Source of the DNA: an uncultured virus (IMG/VR IMGVR_UViG_3300028392_000061)
Taxonomy: Duplodnaviria; Heunggongvirae; Uroviricota; Caudoviricetes
IMG/VR virus record: IMGVR_UViG_3300028392_000061
DNA length: 64,000 nucleotides
Direction: 5' to 3' (one strand)
How positions within the stretch are numbered: the first letter of the stretch is position 1; each line of letters starts with the position of its first letter. The notes beneath the pieces were generated by a model. That model was given only the letters and a program-made list of their open reading frames with translations. It searched no databases and was not told where the DNA came from. This document shows positions 58,152 through 64,000 of this stretch, in pieces. The translations under genes were made by a program, and so were the position numbers.

Positions 58152-58590
58152 TGTCTTGGACCTTTACTCTATGGATTGTAGTTTCATAATAAGAAATTTT
58201 TCCAAATGGGTCTAAAACTGCATGTGAAGATGTTACTTCAAAAATAGTATCTGGTTGATCAATTTTATCAATTTCAACAAATACTTGTTTACCATCACTT
58301 GACCTAATATTAACAATTCTCCAACGCTTACTTAAAAGATCAAGAGATTTCATTTTAAGTTGAAACCCTTCATCATACCCGCCAGTTGCATTGTCTGATG
58401 TACCAAAACTTTTATTATCGCCTCTTGTATTAGTTCCTCTTGCTTGAATAGGTTCAATCTTACATTCAACAGTTTTTTTATAAACCCATTGTCTGGATAT
58501 TGCTCCAGTATCTGTATCTTGTACATTTTGTTGAATATAAACTTGAGCGGTCATATTCATAATTGATGCAATAAGTGATGGATTAAACAT
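58129..58590 (-). CDS. head closure (stopper) protein
   Basis: Synteny; beta-rich; DTGAISRQW. Confidence 0.65.
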   Translation of the reverse strand: MFNPSLIASIMNMTAQVYIQQNVQDTDTGAISRQWVYKKTVECKIEPIQARGTNTRGDNKSFGTSDNATGGYDEGFQLKMKSLDLLSKRWRIVNIRSSDGKQVFVEIDKIDQPDTIFEVTSSHAVLDPFGKISYYETTIHRVKVQDNDKTINN

Positions 58591-59540
58591 TAAATAATTA
58601 CAATATTAACGTTTCGGTATTGATCAAGGATATTATCCACAGTCACATTGCCCGTACCGTTAAATGCTCCTCCTGCCATTTCAAATGAAATTTCTGAAAG
58701 GTTTACTTTCTTAAGATACTTGTTGCGCCAGTTATAATCGTTTGCTAAAATATCGCCTACTAAAAGCATTGAAGCAATTTTAATATCTTCTGGAACATAT
58801 TTCCAACCAATTATTCCTTGAAATTTATATCTTGAGCCATCTCTGAATCTTCCATTACCCATTGCAGTTGGATCTACTTGATTATCATATCTAAGATCCC
58901 AGCCTACATTTATAATTCTAATAGCTTTTTTTGTTGGACTTAATTCTATAGGGAAACCAAAATTATTATAAACTGGAGTAATTGTATTATCAATTAACAA
59001 TTCATCGTTTTCCCAAAGCTTATCTATTGACACCATTTTTTCAACAAGCTCTATAGCATCTGATCCAAATCCAAATTGTTCTTGTTGACCATAATATTGA
59101 ATAAACTTTTGTCCTGTATATCCATTAATTATTGTTCTTGCAATTTTTTCAGCTGATTCAATTTCTTTAGGACTTTTATAATTAATCTCTGATGGAGATG
59201 AGCCAAATCCCAAGAAATCTTGAATTTCGCTTACAGTTGAATATGTTGTTTCTATATCATATAGCTGTGTTTCTGATGTACTTACACTATTTAAAGAATA
59301 TGACCAGACAAACTTAAGAACTCTGTTGATTTGAGTAAGTGCTGGGGTTATTGTATAAGAATAAACCCCAGCAGTGTTCTCATCTACTACTGTAATATTA
59401 GAATACCCAGTTAGTGCTGTTGTATCATCATTTGCGTCATATATGCTCAAGGTTGGTATAGATGTTGCTTGTGTTAAAACCCCATCACTATATACGTTAA
59501 GATATATCTTTTGCTTACTTCCCTTGGCTATATTTTGCAA
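58590..59540 (-). CDS. head-tail adaptor
   Basis: ARTIINGYTGQKF, GWKYVPEDIKIA, VDNILDQY. Confidence 0.75.
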   Translation of the reverse strand: MQNIAKGSKQKIYLNVYSDGVLTQATSIPTLSIYDANDDTTALTGYSNITVVDENTAGVYSYTITPALTQINRVLKFVWSYSLNSVSTSETQLYDIETTYSTVSEIQDFLGFGSSPSEINYKSPKEIESAEKIARTIINGYTGQKFIQYYGQQEQFGFGSDAIELVEKMVSIDKLWENDELLIDNTITPVYNNFGFPIELSPTKKAIRIINVGWDLRYDNQVDPTAMGNGRFRDGSRYKFQGIIGWKYVPEDIKIASMLLVGDILANDYNWRNKYLKKVNLSEISFEMAGGAFNGTGNVTVDNILDQYRNVNIVII

Positions 59541-59553
59541 TTAAATGCCTCCG

Positions 59554-59952
59554 TTATGCGTAAAATTCTTGCGCTTCTCTTGGAGTCGCAAGTCTAAACC
59601 CTTCTTGTGAATCAAAAATACGTTGTGCGTCTGATTCAGACATAGCTACAAATGGGTGGTGTTGCGTAAAAGTGTGACCCATTGCTTGATAAGAGAAATT
59701 ACCTCTATCCATCTTTACTAGTACTGAGTTTTCATTTTTCATAATTTTTTTCTCTCTCTGTTTCTTTTCTACTTCTGAAATTTCAATATCCTGCTTTTCA
59801 GTATTATTGAACTTTTCATACATTTGATAAGTTATTCCCTCTTCTTCAAAAAGGGCTGCAATCTCTGTTTTTGTCTTAGATCCCGCAAGATCTACTCCAA
59901 AAGATTCCGCTGCTTTTTTTAACTCGTTTATTTTTAAATCTGAAAATGACAT
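59554..59952 (-). CDS. protein with N-terminal Rho-N/HeH-like domain
   Basis: LKINELKKAAESFGVDL..KTKTEI. Confidence 0.7.
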   Translation of the reverse strand: MSFSDLKINELKKAAESFGVDLAGSKTKTEIAALFEEEGITYQMYEKFNNTEKQDIEISEVEKKQREKKIMKNENSVLVKMDRGNFSYQAMGHTFTQHHPFVAMSESDAQRIFDSQEGFRLATPREAQEFYA

Positions 59953-59999
59953 TATCTTCCTCTCGTTAATGTGTTTTAATTATAGCAGAAAATGATTAA

Positions 60000-60025
60000 G
60001 GGGAATAGTATTTCTACTATTCCCC
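60000..60025 (-). terminator. terminator hairpin after capsid gene
   Basis: GGGGAATAGTA-GAAA-TACTATTCCCC. Confidence 0.8.
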
Positions 60026-60047
60026 CCAATCTTGCAACTAATAGATA

Positions 60048-61175
60048 TTAGTATGTGTAAGTTCCTGAGCCACCAAGTGTACCTGCTCCGTGTGTTACGG
60101 AACCAAAGGATGTACCTGTTGAGCCTGAGATCTTAATGTTCTTTACAATTACGTGTGCATCAAAGTTTTCGACCTGGCAACCAACGCGGATAAATAGAGT
60201 ATACTCAATTGTATCCTTCTTTGGCTGAAACAGACGATAAACAGTAACATCGCGCTTAATACCAATAATAAAGTTCTGAGGGAATGTCAAGTGAAGATCA
60301 CCGTGAAGGCCGCTAGTGCCTGCATAGTCTCCTGCACGTGTTTCATCCATCAATGGAACGTTAATTACTGGAATACCAAATGCGAATGGTGTTACAGTTC
60401 CTGGACCGCCATCGTTAGCAGCAACATCTCCACGAATTACGCCAGAAGCGATATCGAATGGATTGCCGTTACCTGCGTTAGCAGTTAGGTTGTACAAATA
60501 ATCTTGTACCAAGTTTGATCCTGAGAAGAATCGAAGTTGATTACGACGTTGCTTATACTTACGTGGAAGGGTCTTGATTGCCATGTTAAACACAGCCTTG
60601 TCAAGTCCTAGTCCCGCAGCATCCACAACGTGTGCATTTGCAAGTGCAAGTGCTCTGAAGCCCTTAAACGCTGAAAGCAAACCTGTGCTAGTTCCTGTAC
60701 CGTTGATGAGAACATCCTCAATATCGTTACCAGCTTGGGTAGCCATAAGACGTGCAATGTGGTCTTCTAGATCTGGACCCTCAATATTGTCTTCAAGAGA
60801 CTCTGATGAGAGTTCCCAGTCAAGACGAAGCTTGCGTGTTGTCAAAGAAACCTTTGAAAAAGTTGCAGCTGCGTTTGTATATGATGCATTTTCTGTTGCG
60901 CTCACGTAATCACGTGGAGCATCTTCAGAAGCTACAGTCATAATTCTTTGACCGACTGAAACACGATCAATTTCAGTTGTATTGCTACGCATACGGATTG
61001 TACGTGAAGCCTTTGCCAAAATAGTCGCATCCCACATGTAATCTAGGAAACGGTTAGCTTGATCTGGATATAGAAGTCCAGCTCCGCTAAGTGTAGAAGT
61101 GTCTGTTGACGCTTGTACTCCGCTTGCACCGAGATTAGTTGTATCAATTACTTTTTGTAATAGTTCATTACTCAT
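60048..61175 (-). CDS. major capsid protein (HK97 fold)
   Basis: GLLYPDQANRF, SLEDNIEG, INGTG; follows protease/scaffold. Confidence 0.93.
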   Translation of the reverse strand: MSNELLQKVIDTTNLGASGVQASTDTSTLSGAGLLYPDQANRFLDYMWDATILAKASRTIRMRSNTTEIDRVSVGQRIMTVASEDAPRDYVSATENASYTNAAATFSKVSLTTRKLRLDWELSSESLEDNIEGPDLEDHIARLMATQAGNDIEDVLINGTGTSTGLLSAFKGFRALALANAHVVDAAGLGLDKAVFNMAIKTLPRKYKQRRNQLRFFSGSNLVQDYLYNLTANAGNGNPFDIASGVIRGDVAANDGGPGTVTPFAFGIPVINVPLMDETRAGDYAGTSGLHGDLHLTFPQNFIIGIKRDVTVYRLFQPKKDTIEYTLFIRVGCQVENFDAHVIVKNIKISGSTGTSFGSVTHGAGTLGGSGTYTY

Positions 61176-61200
61176 TTTTTATTTCACCACCTTATTTTAT

Positions 61201-62577
61201 TTATAGATTTTTAGTTAAGCTATTAACACCGAGGAAGTGTCCTTGCCATATACTTTTTTGGATATTTTCTTGCTCCAATGAACCGTTAAGATCACTGGAC
61301 TTCTTAACTGCTGTTGCGGATTCAAATCCGTTCAGCTTATTATCAACATATTCAATTTTTCCGTACATTTCCGTAATTGATTTGTTAATTTCTTCATTCT
61401 TAGCCTTGATATCATCAATCGCTTTTGACATTTCTGCCCTTGTTTCCTCAACAATACGATAAACATCTTGAACTGTCGCTGCATGAGTTGCATAATTCTT
61501 TTCAATAGAATCATTAAAGAAGGTCTTAAGGTCAGTTACCATCTTTGTGAAATCAAGTGTATCCTCAACCTCTGAAATAGCAACAGCTTTTTCAATTGCT
61601 TCTCCTGCATCAACCGCTGGTGCTTCTATAACTTCTGTTACTTCTTCAACAACTGGGATTTCAACTTCAGTAACTTCTGTAGCTACCTCTGCGTTTGTTT
61701 CTTCTGTCATTTCATTACCTCCTTCATTTTTCTTAATAGTCGCCTCATCAACTGTGATAGGCGAAACCTTTTTTGTTTTATTTTGATCTGGATAAAGATT
61801 AATTGCTGAACTAGTATCAATTACACTATTTGGTGCTGCTGTTTCTAAAGCAGCATGAGTTGAAGTTGGAGCATCATCTTTCTTAAAATAAGAATCAATT
61901 ACTTTTTCAATTGCTTCAAACTTTTCTGAATCTGCTTGCTCAACCCAACCTACGTTTGTCATTTGATCTCCGCATACTGAGCAATTCTTTTGAATTTCAA
62001 TAGATGTTGATGCAACTTCATCTTCTTTACACCAATAAACATTTTCTAATGTCATACCCTTTGCCATCTTTTGAATAGAAAAGAAATTAGCAAGTGGATT
62101 TGCTGGTGAGTCTACTAGTGATAACTCGTGTAAATCGTAATTATGAATAACTCTACGCTCTTCCGACCCGTCGTCTGCTTTTTCCATTTTTGCATCTATA
62201 ATATTTCCACCAATTGAAAATCCTGAATAAGTTCCATCAAGAACTTTTTCCCATGCATCTTGTGCACCCTTTGAAATGTATGCAGTTACGTAAACACCAT
62301 TATATTTTTTACCAGTTCCCTTTTCATAAAAAGAGTCTTCCTTAAATTCAATCATTTTTCCTACAGCTGATGGCCCGTGCATTTCACGGATATTGCCTCT
62401 AAAGTTTTCAAAAGCATTTTTGCTTGCTTCAGATGTTACAATATCTCCGTGACGATCTACGTTATCTAGGGATGCAAATCCAGAAACAGTCCTTTTTTCC
62501 TTGTTAACTTTCGCAATCGGAAAGGAAAGGGCCATTGATGATTCACTGTTTTGCCAATAAGTTTTTTGTAGTTCCAT
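61201..62577 (-). CDS. prohead protease fused to scaffold; probable internal scaffold start at 61710
   Basis: VSGFAS..D..GD, REMH, GFSIGG, ELSLVDSPAN; acidic coiled-coil C-half; in-frame AGGAGG-7 nt-ATG. Confidence 0.9.
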   Translation of the reverse strand: MELQKTYWQNSESSMALSFPIAKVNKEKRTVSGFASLDNVDRHGDIVTSEASKNAFENFRGNIREMHGPSAVGKMIEFKEDSFYEKGTGKKYNGVYVTAYISKGAQDAWEKVLDGTYSGFSIGGNIIDAKMEKADDGSEERRVIHNYDLHELSLVDSPANPLANFFSIQKMAKGMTLENVYWCKEDEVASTSIEIQKNCSVCGDQMTNVGWVEQADSEKFEAIEKVIDSYFKKDDAPTSTHAALETAAPNSVIDTSSAINLYPDQNKTKKVSPITVDEATIKKNEGGNEMTEETNAEVATEVTEVEIPVVEEVTEVIEAPAVDAGEAIEKAVAISEVEDTLDFTKMVTDLKTFFNDSIEKNYATHAATVQDVYRIVEETRAEMSKAIDDIKAKNEEINKSITEMYGKIEYVDNKLNGFESATAVKKSSDLNGSLEQENIQKSIWQGHFLGVNSLTKNL

Positions 62578-62631
62578 ATGTAATTTAAATAATAGCAGGA
62601 TTTATAATTAACTCATAATTTACAGAGGTTA

Positions 62632-64000
62632 TTATTTTACTTTTCTACCTTCACCTTGTGCATTTCTGCCACCCCCAGATTTATCTGGTGCATTTAAATT
62701 TCTTTGAGTATCACGTTCTCTATTACCATCCATCCTTGCGTCTGCTGCCTGTTGTGGTTTTAGATCTAGAGGCTCGTCTCCGCCTTCAATTGGAGCCAAG
62801 CCTTTTCGTGAACGGACTTCATTTGGAAGAATTACCTTATCTTTGAGATAAGTATCATCAATTCTTGCCATTGTTTCTTCATCTGTAAGAGACAACTCTT
62901 CAAATCTAAGAATAAATGCGTCTGTAAATTCAGCTAAAATTTTGTTAAGTTTATATTCAAGCTCTTCTTGCATTGGGCGACATACCTGCTCTTTAAATGT
63001 CTTATCCGCATCTTTAGCGTTTGCTAGTGATACTCCTGCAGGCATACCAATCTTACTAATAGGGACTCTATGAGCAATAAGAATGCGATCTCTGTTTTCT
63101 ATAGCGTAATTATTAAATGAAGAATCTTGAACTCCCGCCTCAACTGGATCCATCTTAAATTCAACACGACCATTTTCACCATCTGATGGAAGCGGGATAT
63201 AAAGTGTTCTGTGATTACGGCCTTTAAGTCCTGTTTGAAAAAATTCAAGCAGCTTACGCTCAGAATCTGCAGTTAACTTAGCACCCTTAACTGTAATAAT
63301 ATAACGTGGAACAGCTTTGTTTTCAAAATAATCTAGATTAAATCTTTGTGCAAATTCATCTCCAGCTACCGCATTCTTTGCTGATAGAATATCTGGAACT
63401 CCATAATATGTATTTGATGGAGTAAACTTTTTAAAGTGAATAACTTCGTTTGGCTGTGGGTCTGTTCCAATTTGATCTGGAGTTTCTGTATCTCCAAAAT
63501 TTCTAAAGAAGGTGTAGCGATTATAAACAACTTGCACAAAGCCATCACGGTGACGACGAATACGCATAGTTGTTGTAGGAATATGACCTAAATAACCAAT
63601 TTTTCCTGTAGCTGTACGACCAACTTCAAGATAAGCATTTCCTGTTGACTCTAGGTCTGTGTAAACTTTTTTCATATTTTCTGTAAAAGAATCATCTGAA
63701 TTTAATGACTCTAAGTAGTCACGAAGTTCAACTTTTGCAGCTTCAATTTTAGTGCGAAGTCTATCTAGCTTTTTTGGTTCATCAATTACATCTTGTACTT
63801 TTTGAGTAACTTTGTATGTTTCTTCAAATTTATATCCTAGCCCAATTACGTTAGCAACTTTAGCATTAACTGCTGAGTGATGATACGGAGATACGTCATA
63901 AAGTTGTGACAAATAAAGCATATTAAATGGCGGCTGAACAATTTGAAATAATGAATAGCCTGTAAGATCAAGTGGATCAAGCTTCTTTGATTTAGCATCA
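62632..64000 (-). CDS. portal protein (5' end beyond window)
   Basis: TGNAYLEV, EVIHFK, YYGVP, YFENKAVP, PNEVRSRKGLAP; frame open to window edge. Confidence 0.92.
   Translation of the reverse strand, partial: DAKSKKLDPLDLTGYSLFQIVQPPFNMLYLSQLYDVSPYHHSAVNAKVANVIGLGYKFEETYKVTQKVQDVIDEPKKLDRLRTKIEAAKVELRDYLESLNSDDSFTENMKKVYTDLESTGNAYLEVGRTATGKIGYLGHIPTTTMRIRRHRDGFVQVVYNRYTFFRNFGDTETPDQIGTDPQPNEVIHFKKFTPSNTYYGVPDILSAKNAVAGDEFAQRFNLDYFENKAVPRYIITVKGAKLTADSERKLLEFFQTGLKGRNHRTLYIPLPSDGENGRVEFKMDPVEAGVQDSSFNNYAIENRDRILIAHRVPISKIGMPAGVSLANAKDADKTFKEQVCRPMQEELEYKLNKILAEFTDAFILRFEELSLTDEETMARIDDTYLKDKVILPNEVRSRKGLAPIEGGDEPLDLKPQQAADARMDGNRERDTQRNLNAPDKSGGGRNAQGEGRKVK

Noticed and set aside
1..64000. 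Stop-codon reassignment
   Set aside because: Long genes are intact in the standard code, all three stops end genes, and no suppressor tRNA is present.

Overview
A 64-kb segment of a large, AT-rich tailed dsDNA phage. The tape measure, tail tube and frameshifted chaperone genes, with no sheath in view, point to a siphovirus. WhiB and leaderless promoters point to an Actinobacteria host, and the layout resembles large Streptomyces and freshwater actinophages (inference). Almost all genes are on the minus strand. In transcription order (right to left): portal (partial), prohead protease/scaffold, major capsid, head-tail and tail genes, fibres, HNH and phosphoesterase, replication/recombination genes (DnaB, primase, SSB, DnaE, RecA, Cas4-like nuclease, resolvases), a 7-gene glycosylation island, terminase, five tRNAs, then accessory genes (Hsp20, Dps, CHAP lysin, GroES, WhiB, thioredoxin, HslV-like protease, surface proteins). 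Two plus-strand islands encode membrane proteins. Most notable: (1) a 112-nt multi-stem non-tRNA RNA wedged between two tRNAs; (2) a possible head-cargo system, in which two accessory proteins share the scaffold's S[IL]WxGxF motif and its hydrophobic-x-K repeats; (3) a hairpin plus H-type pseudoknot RNA after hsp20 and a ROSE-like thermometer before it; (4) the glycosylation island; (5) a clear -1 frameshift signal in the tail chaperone. Product calls come from motif recognition by eye; no database searches were run.
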